DNA of 64,000 nucleotides from Daphnia carinata (lineage: Eukaryota): positions 8,680,001 through 8,744,000 of the forward strand of contig NC_081331.1 of the NCBI RefSeq assembly GCF_022539665.2, written 5' to 3'. Below, in pieces: positions 51,952 through 63,100 of the stretch. How positions within the stretch are numbered: position 1 is the stretch's first letter; each line of letters begins with the position of its first letter. The notes under the pieces are model-generated. The model ran no database searches and was not told where the DNA came from. It saw only the letters and a list, made by a program, of their open reading frames with translations. A program made the position numbers and the translations under genes.

Positions 51952-53319
51952 ATGAAACTTTTGTTTGCTTTCGCATGCTTGCTTGCCGTTTCTAGAGCGC
52001 AAACGACAAACTATCCATACAGTGCTTATTTAGACACAGATGGGTATTTTCTGCTGAAGTGGGATGTTCGCTCAATTCAGGGGGATATCGAAATGCAGTT
52101 TGTGGTAAACGCTACAGGATGGGTGAGCTTGCTCATCGCTTCCGAGGACGGATCCTATGCCGACGTGATTTTTGGTGGCTATAATGAAGCGACAACTTAT
52201 GGCTACTACGCTGTAACAAAAACTACATTTAAAAAGTTTTCTTTTGCAAGATCACGACGTCTACGATCATATTTTGTAGGACATGCATTGCAATTTACTC
52301 GCTGGACCATCTCATACAGTCCCGATAAATGATGAAAGCCCAGATTTGGTTTTCCAGAGCGCAACGTACGATGCGCCCTATACCACATTGACAGTTAAAC
52401 GGTCCATTTATACGGGAGATAAGGATGACGTTGCGATTCGCGTAAGTCTTATTTGGCTGTCAATTCTAAATTTACAAACAACTAAAACGCAGAAAATTGT
52501 ATATAAATGTTTGAGCTCCTAATTTTTTCCTGCCGGCAACGTAACGTGACGAGCTGTTACCTCCTGCATACCGCCGTTTGGTAGAAAATCTGTTGCTTTT
52601 GTTTCCGTAATTTAAAACGTTGAACCAAAACGAAAGTTTTGTCCTCATTTAATTTAACTTGTTTTTCGTGCATATTTTATTATTAAATTGAATAGCATTA
52701 TCGAAGCGCTTCATATTCATAAGTTTGCTCTTTATATTTACGTAACCTTTAATGATAAATTATTCGCATTACTCACTATGGACTTAGGCAGTGGGAAATT
52801 AAAACTCACACTTCGAAAAGGAAATGACTTTTTAGTTGCCAATTATACTTGCAAGAAGTTATAATGCTTGCAAATAAAAAAAAAAGGTTATTTAACAAAA
52901 AATGGGTTTCAGTGAATAGCATAAGACAAAAAGGATTTTATCGCTCCTCGCCATGTATTTAAAAAAGAAACTAGCCTATTTCGATAAAGCCGTTCGACTA
53001 ACTAAAAAAGTGTGTACAGCAAACACTTAACAGAAGTCAAGTTAAATTTTTCATATCAGTTATGCCACTTATTTAAAGCAACAGAATCGAAACGTTTAAA
53101 TAGTTTATCAATCGAATAAATTACGGTATACAACAAAATAGCTACAGCCACGCATGTTGACAGATGGAAAAAACTACGATAGACAATTGTTATATAACTA
53201 ACATTGGATTATTGCAGGCCGGACCTCTCTTACTTGGGTGGTCTTTCAGCGATACGGACACCTCTACCGTTCCCCACACTAACGCCGGATTTGCTTCCCT
53301 AGCCCTTATTCCCGCTTAA
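51952..53319 (+). CDS. Secreted single-DOMON-domain protein (DBH/MOXD1 N-terminal-like), 174 aa
   Basis: Exons 51952-52212, 52280-52441 and 53218-53319 (all phase 0, GT-AG). Signal peptide MKLLFAFACLLAVSRA. DOMON motifs LDTDGYFLLKW, ATGWV, ADVIFG, P..DESPD, R...TGD..D..I, W...D....H. Confidence 0.88.
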
Positions 53320-53976
53320 CAGCTTAGTCGACGATTAACTTCAAAACCTTTCCTTACATTATGTTTTCATGATCACCATATTCTTGAAGCAACTTTCCAT
53401 AGCTTTTGATGGTGATTCGTGTTTTGGCCAATTTTACTTTAAGCGGGATCGAAATTTCAAATGATGAATGAATACAATGTAGTCTACAATTTTAATGCGG
53501 TGTTCTCACATTTCTCCTCATACCATACAGTGCTCGCCAGCACAATTGTATCACCTGCGAATTTTGGTGTTAAACCCGTGTGAGATAGGTCTAAAGGTAT
53601 GCCGCGGGAAGGGACAATGTAAGCGGGCCCGTACATAACGTTAAGCTTACCCAAGCCTTGAGTTAGCTTGGATAGTGACCGCTACAACCCCTCCAAGTTA
53701 ACGGTTCCAAGCGTAAATTTGTTAGGATTTAAGCTTGGGTATTCAAGCTAACCTAGACCCGCGTGTTTTGTTTGAAAATGTTCATAGTATTCGAAAACAA
53801 CCTCCTTGCAGGTAGGCACCTTAGGGAAAGCAGTCTCTCTCGCTTAGACGAGATAGAAGGGAGTCGGTATGGTAAGTACGAGATAGTACCGTTGTCTTTC
53901 CCCATAGCTTGCAACACTTTTTGCGTTACTTTCGCCATGAAGCAACCACCTTGATGTGCTGTTTTCAAGGAGCACC

Positions 53977-54290
53977 GGCATGTGGACGATTGCGCCCTTT
54001 GACAAATGCTCCCCCCGACTTTCCTGCAGTTGCCCTTTTGACTCTTGCCCCCCAAAATTAATGCCCCCACCTAACGAATGCCCCCTTAACTAATACCCCT
54101 TGTAAAAAATAAAAATTGAGTTTATTATAAGAATGAAAATCGAATGAACACCCCCATAATTTTTTTTTTACTTTTTCGTAAAAAAACGTGTCAGTAAAAT
54201 ATAATTGGCAACTATCTTGCGATTGTTTTCGTTGTTATTGTTAAAGACGTCTGCTACTGGCCTTTTGATACTGTCGTCAAATAAAATAAA
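53977..54290 (+). mobile_element. Isolated MULE TIR fragment, same family as 27273 and 28986
   Basis: GACGATTGC.CCCTT.GACAAATGC...TTGCCCCCCAAAA.TAATGCCCCC plus the subterminal sequence shared with 29100-29190. Confidence 0.8.
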
Positions 54291-54486
54291 AATGAAATAA
54301 TTCGTGTTAGTTGAATTTCGTGGGTTCCCTAGCGGTTTTCACAGTGTTGCTCCAAGTTTTGGTAAAGTTCTTGTTTATTCTTTGGTCGATTTAGAGACGA
54401 AGATCGTGTTACTTGTTGTCCTCACTTGTATTCTTTCATTCAGAGTTAAATACAAAAGCGTATGTGACAATTGGTGAAGACGCAGC

Positions 54487-54771
54487 CGTTACCCGTGAGT
54501 AACAACTTTTTGTTGAATCGTAATTCGCTAACCCGTGAGTAGCGACGTTTTTTTACAGTGAAAATTGCCAAGTTGTAGTTCGTTACCCGTGAGTAACGAA
54601 GTTTTGTGATAAGTGGCAATAGTTCATTCGTAATTCGTTACCCGTGAGTAACGAAATCTTTTTGTGGATAAGTGGAAATTGCCAAGTCGTAGTTCGTTGC
54701 CCGTGAGCAACGGAAATTTTTTGTGGTTAAGTGGCAATTGTTGTGACGTAGCTCGTTATCTGTGAGTGACG
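54487..54771 (+). repeat. Six hairpin-forming repeats (CGTTAC-CCGTGA-GTAACG) in the Gypsy 5' leader
   Basis: Units start at 54487, 54526, 54581, 54636, 54695 and 54754. Confidence 0.9.
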
Positions 54772-55038
54772 AATTTTGTGCGCAGCATTTAGCCGATGCA
54801 GAAGAAGAAAAATCCACGGCTATCCAGTTGCCGAAGAGATCCCAGCCGACGATTACATCCACCTCAAGAGCCGTCAAGCGTTCCAGAAGATACTTCGCCT
54901 CCCCCAGATCCATCGTTGGAGAGGGAAATTGCCGTTGTTGACGAAGCCAAAAAATTTGAAGATCCCATCTCAAGAAGCCGGATTGAAGAAGAAGCCAATA
55001 GTCAAGTTGTTCCAGTCGTTGAGTAACAAATTGAAGTA

Positions 55039-56106
55039 CAGTATCCTGCACAAAAAAAAGAACACCGATTTATTTTCAAAACGCCATCTTTGGGTAAAAT
55101 ATATTAATTGTTTACCTTTTCTAAATAGGGGCTGGGCTGGTTTGGCGCAAAACCCCCATAAGTTGGGTTGGGTAATTTAAGTCTAGACACCTTTTTCTAA
55201 TGCCCCAGGTGTTACGAAAAATGTCTGGAAAAAGTAGTGTATACCCTTTTTTTGTTTTACCCCATCCCTGATGCCCCAGGCTAAGATGAAAAATATCGAA
55301 TATACACATTGTAATTCTCCCACTTAGGTCATTATAAACTTCACAGCACTGGGGAAACATTTTCAGCTTATATCGGGATTGAACCACTGCAATCCGTATC
55401 AGAATCCGATCCTATGCCACTGCGCTATTACTTTTGCTCATGGTTGTCTATACTTTCGGTTATGTGGAGATGTGGAGATGTGGAGGTTGAATACAAAAAA
55501 AGCTGTGCTACGTGCTGCGGATTAACTTAGTAATTATAGGGCGTAAGCAGTGTGTATTGGCTTGCGACGCGGGAAATCGGTGTTCAAGGCTTTATATAGA
55601 TGATTACTTTTATACATCATGTCGTTCACAAATATGATTTGTAAATGTTGTAACTTAAAAAAAGTAAAAATAATTTTCCCTTCAGCCATGAAATAAATTA
55701 TATTATATTTATCTATAAAATAGTGTATTAAGATGTTGTAGCTCAGTGGTATAGTGTCGGATTTAGACACGGATAACAGTGATTCAATCCCGACAACTTT
55801 TTTCCCGCGTTGTGATTTCGAGTTCGTCCTAAGAGGTGGGTGGAATTTGACAACGTTTTTGGTACGATATTTTTCATCTTAGCTTGGGGGAGGAGGTTTA
55901 GGGGTCTAACAAAAAAGGGTACATTTTTCGTAACACCTGGGGCATTAGAAAAAGGTGTCTAGACTTAAATTACCCAACCCAACTTATAGGGGTTTTGCGG
56001 CAAAACAGCCCAACCCCTATTTAAAAAAGGTACATAATTAATATATTTTACTCAAAGATGGCGTTTAGAAAATAAATCGGTGTTCTTCTTTTTGTGCAGG
56101 ATACTG
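55039..56106. mobile_element. Tc1/mariner-like foldback MITE (1068 bp) inserted in gag
   Basis: TIR CAGTATCCTGCACAAAAA... / ...TTTTTGTGCAGGATACTG with imperfect inverted similarity over ~300-390 bp. TA TSD (55037-38 / 56107-08). Removal restores the gag frame (IEV-PSGH). Confidence 0.92.
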
Positions 56107-57837
56107 TACCATCTGGACACATCGAGCAGCCGCAGAGACAAGCGATGGGGGCTGTCAAAAAATTTATTAGCGTTCCAATCTTCCGGGTTGGCCCGGACGA
56201 AGACGCATGCCAATGGAGGGAGTGCTACGAAACAATCTCTACCCACAATGGATGGGGCGATGCTGGCAAGAGAAACAACTTCAGCATGCACTTGGATGAT
56301 ACCGCACGAAACTGGTTTCTGTGCGCAAGAATTCCGAACGACTGGCAAGACACTGCAATACAACCGGCTGCCGGAGGAGATCAGGCCATCCCCCAACACC
56401 TGGTCTACGTTCAATGTTCTTAAAGGAATTTCAGCCGGATAACTACGGCCTCTTCCAGGAGACCAGACTCAGAAGCAGAACACAAGGATTGGATGAACCA
56501 ACCATTAGGTACTACTACGAAATTCTCAACCTTTGTCGATTGGTCGATCCAAATATGTCAGAAGCTCACCGATTGGAGCACCTGTTTCGGGGTCTTCGAC
56601 CAGCGCTTCTTAGAAAATTATCCGTTGAAACCAAAAACATGTGAAGAATTTTTATCGCTGGCAAAATCTTATTCTGAAGCATCAGTCATGGCGGAAGCAA
56701 GAGGATGGAGGGAGGCGCCAGTTGAACCACAGAAGCCTCAGGAGCAACTACCATACCTTTCCGTAATCTATCCAGATCAACAGGCAGAGTTTATGAAGTC
56801 GATGCGTAAATTAATCCAGGACACCTGTGAAAAGTTAATGGCAAAGGAGTGAAGCGAGCAAGAAAAAAGAACATAGAAGCCGAGAGGGTGCACTACCGAC
56901 GGGAGACCGAATTGTTTCTATTGCAAGAAGGCCGGACACATCGCCCGGTACTGATTTCAAAATCCGGAATCTCCAAATTATAAGGCTCCGTCAAGAGAAG
57001 CAACACCAGGGGCAACACCAACAGGAAACATGGCAGTAAATCTGACGACTCGAGCTCCGAATGTACCGGAAGAAAAATACCTCTTAAACTTTGATGGAAC
57101 CAACTTAATCAGAGAACCTGTCCTTTGCGGGCAAGTGAGTACCACAGCAGTGATTGATACGGATGCAGCAATTACAGTCATCTCGCCAGAGCTACTGAAG
57201 AAAACACAGTTCGTGCAACAGCCGTGGGATGGCTCAGGGATTATTCTCGCAAACAGTTCACGGGTAATGCCCCAGGGAGCAGCAGAAATTTTGGTGACCC
57301 ACAAGAATAGATCTGTAAAAGGAAAAGCGATAATCATGGTTATGTCAGGAATGGAACTTCTAATGGGAAATGATTTTCTCAAGCAAATCGGATCTATACA
57401 AATTAACTATCAGACGGAGAACCTCTTCTCACCATGGACGATCTACCGCTCGCTGCAATTTCCCTTCCACCCGTAGAAATAGCGGAAGATAACGTCTTAG
57501 CGACCAGCGACCGCCAGGAAATTCCAGCCTACTCGATCAAATCGGTTCCAGCGAAGGTATCCAACAATGTGGAGAGTGCCTTTATCCTGAAACCCTTGGA
57601 ATCCCTCTTGGCCGCTACGAGTCTATCTACGGGTCACGCCCTCGTCCAGATGGACCTAGAAAAAATTCCTGTAGCCAATCTATCGTCGAAGCCGGTATGG
57701 CTGAAGAAAAGCGTAACGCTGGGAACATATTTCAAACGCTAGAAAAATTTCGAGAGTCGGAAATTCCAGAGGAACCCGGCAGAGCCACAGAAGCAACCAT
57801 TTTTTCCAGTATGGATGTTCAATCCGGATACCACCGG

Positions 57838-58146
57838 TGTTGCAAACTAAGCAAATCTGCAGCGTGTAGCGAAATAACGAAAACGAAAACGGATGGCGAA
57901 CTGGTCACAAAAAATTGTACTAAACTTAAGACAAAAAAACGAGACAGCGCGAGCAAAAAATGGCGTCACGAAAGGTAGCACGGTCGAAAAACGTCTGAGC
58001 CTCCTTACACGTCATTAATCATAGCGTCTATCAAAAAAACAAATGAAACAAGAATTGCGACACAATAGGCCGCTAATTAAAGTAAAGGAAGGGTAAATGG
58101 TTGGCGCGCGAAGCCCGATCCGGGTTGCCATGGCAACTCGGTAACA
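57838..58146. mobile_element. Solo LTR (309 bp) inserted in RT
   Basis: TGTT...AACA ends; 5-bp TSD ACCGG (57833-57837 / 58147-58151). Removal restores MDVQSGYHRFPVASEDRSKTVF. Confidence 0.9.
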
Positions 58147-59255
58147 ACCGGTTTCCAGTCGCCAGCGAGGATAGATCCAAAACAGTATTCGTAACTGCGG
58201 ATGGGCTATATCAGTTCCGTGCCATCCCTTTTGGATTAACGAATCCTCCTGGCACATTTCAGCGGGCAATTGGATATTATTTTGGCCGGACTACAATGGA
58301 CAGCGTGTTTGGTCTACCTGGATGACGTCATCGTCTGCTCAGAAACGTTTGAACAACACTTGGAGCGACTCCGTTTAGTTCTGGATTGCCTTGGAAAAGT
58401 TGGATTAAAACTAAAGTGGTCAAAGTGTTCGTTTGCTGAGAATACCTTAAAAGTGTTAGGGCACGTTGTCACCACGGAAGGGGTGGGTCCACACCCCGAA
58501 AACTTGGAAGCGGTCAGGAACTTTCCATCACCATCGGTAGGTCACTCAGCAGCAAACAAAGTCAAACGAGTGCAAAGCTTCCTGGGATTATGTTCTTATC
58601 GGCGTCACATCCAGCATTTCGCGGCCATCGCACGTCCACTCACTTCGTTAACTAAGAAAGTAACTCCTTTCATTTGGGGAATGGATCAGGCTAAAAGTTT
58701 TAACGATCTGAAAGAGGGACGTACGTCAGCTTCGGTCCTTGGCCATCCAAACTACGATCTCCCAATGGAAATTATACCAGACGCATGCGGTTACGTTGAA
58801 GAAGAAGAAGAAGAAGAAGAAAGTAAGTACAGAGTAAGCTCTTGTCGATCCGCGCCAGAAAATATTAAACGAGAAGATGGCAAGATATAGGACGTAGAAA
58901 TCAAACTGCTTCAGTTAACGTGTTCACGACAACGGATGGCCTAAGATGAACCAATCATGAAGCCAGGACAGACGTATTGCAAGAAATAGTCAGCTAGCAG
59001 AGCAAGTGCTTGAAAGTGGCTAATTTAGAGCATAAAATTTTCTGTACAAACACTTATGCCTACTGGCACCAGTCATGCCGTAATCGCGATTAAAAAATTC
59101 AAGCGTTTGAAATGTCGACGACAAATGTCAGGTAATAACCACGAATGATTTAATTTAAAGAAAGATTTTTCGATCTCAACCATTTTTCGGTTACTTAACC
59201 ATGCCTATTCATAAAAACGTCGTTGCTTGATGTTCCCGTCGAACTATGTTCCCAT

Positions 59256-59361
59256 CCTTCGATAGCTCAGTTGGTAGAGCGGTGGACTGTAGAAACAAGA
59301 CAAGCATTATGATTAACAGTTAGTTATCCATAGGTCGCTGGTTTAAGTCCGGCTCGAAGGA
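59256..59361 (+). tRNA. tRNA-Tyr(GTA) with 33-nt intron; B-box mutated (possible pseudogene)
   Basis: CCTTCGATAGCTCAGTTGGTAGAGCGGTGGACTGTAG-[intron 59293-59325]-ATCCATAGGTCGCTGGTTTAAGTCCGGCTCGAAGGA. The T-loop reads TTT instead of TTC. Confidence 0.9.
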
Positions 59362-59502
59362 AGTGCATTGTCAAATGAAGTATCTAATCACTATTAAAAT
59401 TCAATGTGGATAAGGATAAATAAAATCGGCCAGTAAAGAAATTACGTTACAAGTTAGAAAGCAGTCAAATGCGTAAGTCACAAACAGACCGTAACATCAT
59501 GT

Positions 59503-59574
59503 GGCTCATTGGTCTAGTGGTATGATTCCTGCTTTGGGTGTAGGAGGCCCCGGGTTCAAATCCCGGATGAGCCC
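59503..59574 (+). tRNA. tRNA-Pro(TGG)
   Basis: GGCTCATTGGTCTAGTGGTATGATTCCTGCTTTGGGTGTAGGAGGCCCCGGGTTCAAATCCCGGATGAGCCC; all stems pair. Confidence 0.93.
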
Positions 59575-59815
59575 CACAAGTATTCATATAATGCAAACAG
59601 TTATAACTCTATCTGTATATGTAAATTTATTTGCATCCACATTATATCGATTACGGATGTTGAACGCTCTTTCATGCAAGTTGTATAGATAAGAGCATAT
59701 GGTAAGCGAATGCTACAAAAATACTAAGAACGCCAGTTGCAGCAGCACAATTTACGTAGTGTAATGAAACTTGTTATTTCCGTCTCCGTCAACATCTGCC
59801 TGCTAAGTGGAATAA

Positions 59816-59898
59816 GGTAACGTGGCCGAGCGGTCTAAGGCGATGGTTTAAGGCACCAGTTTTTCTCGGAGGCATGGGTTCGAATCCCATCGTTGCCA
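59816..59898 (+). tRNA. tRNA-Leu(AAG), variant with internal T5
   Basis: GGTAACGTGGCCGAGCGGTCTAAGGCG...TT-AAG-GC...long variable arm...GGTTCGAATCCCATCGTTGCCA. TTTTT at 59860-59864 could terminate Pol III. Confidence 0.88.
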
Positions 59899-59963
59899 TT
59901 ATACATTGTGATCCCTGGGATGATCATTTTTAAATCGACCAATAATACATCGTTATCACTAGA

Positions 59964-60036
59964 GGTCGTGTGGCCTAATGGATAAGGCGTCGGACTTCGG
60001 ATCCGAAGATTGCAGGTTCGAGTCCTGCTACGATCA
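59964..60036 (+). tRNA. tRNA-Arg(TCG)
   Basis: GGTCGTGTGGCCTAATGGATAAGGCGTCGGACTTCGGATCCGAAGATTGCAGGTTCGAGTCCTGCTACGATCA; canonical cloverleaf. Confidence 0.93.
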
Positions 60037-60119
60037 ATGAAGTTGGAAGGCCAATTTTAGAATTTCTCCGATACATCTCTATGAAACCAGAAGATCATAT
60101 AAACCCTGAAATAGTTCCA

Positions 60120-63100
60120 AAACCTCCCCTGCCTTCGCTTCAAGGTGTGTCCTCTGGCCCAAGGACATAACAAGGCATGAGTGAAACAAGTACTGTTACG
60201 AATGTTGCGGCGTCGGACCCAGACCGTGAGAAGCAGTGGATGATTGGGCGAATAGCGGGGAAGATGAAGATGAAATAATCCGATGGATATACGGGAAAAG
60301 TATATTTACTGCACAATTGGGGTACAACACAATTCACTTGGGGTTACGCGAAGGGAATTGTCCTTCTTAGGACCGCTTGGTAGACGGCGAGGTAACTAAC
60401 TGCCTTACATGATTTACAGCAGACGACCCGTCGCCGACGCCGTCAAAAAAACAATTAACAAATAACACCCCTAGCAAAAAGAAGAAAGTGAAAAAAAAGA
60501 AAACAAACAACGATTTATCAGAACAAAAGAAAAGCAACATCAAATGACATCATCACCCCCCCCCAAAAAAAAGGAAAAAGAGAAAAAAAAACACCGTAAC
60601 AAAACCAATAACCCCCCCCCCCAAAAAAAAAAAAACACGATAGAGAAAGAAGAGCGTGTACGTGTTATGTGTGATAGGGGACGTTAAAACGCCTATACGA
60701 GGATTTCTTCCGTTGCGCGGGCAGATCTTCGACTAGGTAGGTTGTTTGTGATAGCTTCCGCACTACCTGGAATGGCCCCACAAATTTAGGAAGAAATTTT
60801 TTTGTGGAATTCTTCTTTCTAGGCTTCCGTCGAACTAGAACATGGTCACCATGGAGAAGCTCGGGTTCCGGCTTCCCAACTCGATCTGTTCTTTCCTGGC
60901 TTTTCCGCCGTTTTTCCACAATGCGCAAACGAGCTGACGACCTAAATTCCGAAACGCGTGACAAAAAAGTGGCATGTGGTTCTTGTTCGTTCTTTGGCCA
61001 AGGAAAGAGATTTTCTATGGCCAGGAGTGGTGGACAACCGTTCACTAATTCAAACGGCGTTACCTCGGTTGTGGCTTGGCGGGCAGTATTAATAGCGTAT
61101 GTTGCGGCTGCTAAATGTAAGTCCCAGTCCGTATGTTCGGCGTTGACGAAGGCGCATAATGCAAGGGTTAATGTACGATTAACTCGTTCCACTAATCCAT
61201 TGGTCTCCGGATGCTCTGCAGTGACCAAAATGTGTTTAATATGCCAGCGCGTTACCCATTCGGCAAACATATGAGACGTAAAGGCTGATCCCTGGTCGCT
61301 AATAATACGTTGTGGTGTACCGTGGCGAAAGATAATGTTCGTCTCGAGGAACGACGTAACAAATTTTGTCGACGTGTCAGGAACAGCAGCCACCCCGACC
61401 CACTTCGACAAATAGTCTATGGAGACAATTATATGACGATCGCCAGAAGCAGTAACCTTAAACGGGCCCAAGTGATCAATTCCGATAAGCTGGACCGGAG
61501 AAGACGGTGGTTCGATGGGCTGGAGTGGGCCAACCACCTGGCCAATTGCGTGTTTGTGTGTTTGGCCAAAAGAACAAGATTGTACAAAAATGTTTACGCT
61601 CCTACCCAGCCGTGGCTACCAAAACCGACTTTTAATTTTAAAAAGAGTTCTCTCCACACCCTGATGTCCCGATGGACGAGAATCGTGACATGCTTCTAAG
61701 TTTTTTCTACGAAGGACAGAGGGAATAACGAGTAGCAACTTCCTACGTGTTTTTTTTTATACAGAATTTTACTATGGATGACAAAATCTTGGGAAATTTT
61801 ACAGGGAGAAAGGGTGTCTAATGCTACGAATATTTCCCGTAGCTGGTCGTCTTGTTGTTGCAAGAGGGCGAGCTCTTTTGAGGCATAACCCACTTCGGGT
61901 TCCTTTAGAGTGATTACTAGACAATCATCTGGCCGGGAATCCATGCCATCGGCAGGGTTCCTGGACAGTGTGTCCGCAACAATATTATCCGTACCTTTCA
62001 CGTGCTCTATCGTGAAGGTAAACTCCTGTAAATCAAGCACCCACCTCGCAAACTTTCCCTTTAAGTCCCTTTTCCCAATCATCCACTTGACGGCTGAACT
62101 GTCCGTCTTAACAAAAAAATGTCTCCCATAAACATATGTGCGCAATTTCTTGAGTGCCCACACCACCGCCAAACATTCCAGCTCATTGGCGTGGAATCTT
62201 GTTTCGGTGTTCGACAGCCTTCTGCTGATGAAAGTCACAGGTCGATGTCCTTCACCAGCATCTTGCGTCAACACTGCTCCAAGACCAGTTTGACTTGCGT
62301 CGGTCTGAATGGTAACTTCCAGAGCGTCATCGAAATGAGCCAGAACAGGAGCAGTCGTAAGACGCTCTACAATACTGATCTTTGCGCCTTCGTGACGTTC
62401 CGTCCACCGCCAAACAGCATTCTTTTTGAGGAGAGCGTGCAAAGGGTGAGCCAATGACGCAAAATCAGGGACAAAACGCCGATAGTACGACGCAAGTCCA
62501 AGAAAACCTCGTAGTGATTTTAAATTTGTAACAGGCATGGAAGTCAAAGCGCGCACTTTCTCGCCTTCCGGGTGAATGCCTTCCGCATCGATTACGTGTC
62601 CTAGGTGGGACACCTTGGTGGCGCCGAAAACGCATTTGTCAATGTTCAGAGTCAAATTTGCTCGCTCTAGAGCAGTTAACACCAACTCTAGGCGTGCCAA
62701 ATGCTTGTCAAAATATCGACCAAGAACCAAGATGTCGTCTAAATAAACTAGACACATATGCCACTTCAACCCAGCCAAAACCCTATCCATTAAACGTTGG
62801 AACGTCGCCGGAGCATTGCTCAACCCGAACGGCAGACGTGTGAACTGATAAAGACCGTCTGGAGTGACAAACGCTGTCTACTCCCGGTCTTCCAACGCTA
62901 CAGGTACCTGCCAATATCCACTGGCCAAATCCAAGCAAGAAAAAAAAATGCGCCCCGGCTAGCCTGTCCAAAACATCGTCGATGCGAGGTAACGGATACA
63001 CATCACGTTTCGTTACCGCATTTAAACGTCTAAAATCAATACAAAAACGATAGTCCCCAGATTTTGCTTTCCGAACTAAAACGACGGGCGAACTCCACGG

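Larger units (their letters stand above)
54300..58796 (+). mobile_element. Gypsy LTR retrotransposon (partial 5' LTR, gag, PR, RT, start of RNase H), degenerate and 3' cut
   Basis: LTR end ...TGTGACA at 54469. PBS-like TGGTGAAGACGC at 54472. gag (WRECYE...LDDTARNW...RTQGLDE, CFYCKKAGH), PR VIDTDAA, RT MDVQSGY, FGLTNPP and YLDD. Stops abruptly at the RNase H motif PDACGY (~58795). Confidence 0.9.
58797..60119 (-). repeat. Putative ~1.3-kb 3' LTR of the minus-strand Gypsy, containing the tRNA cassette
   Basis: Begins TG 3 nt after the PPT (60119). A CA end (plus-strand TG at 58797) coincides with the point where the plus-strand Gypsy RNase H is cut. The partner LTR is outside the window, so this is unconfirmed. 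Confidence 0.5.

Noticed and set aside
53570..53976. piggyBac-like Cys-rich C-terminal remnant on the minus strand
   Set aside because: The Cys pattern is incomplete and no TTAA/CCC terminus was identified.
54487..54771. CRISPR-like array (palindromic repeats with ~35-nt spacers)
   Set aside because: Spacers are related to each other, the repeats vary, there are no cas genes, and the array sits in a eukaryotic retrotransposon leader.
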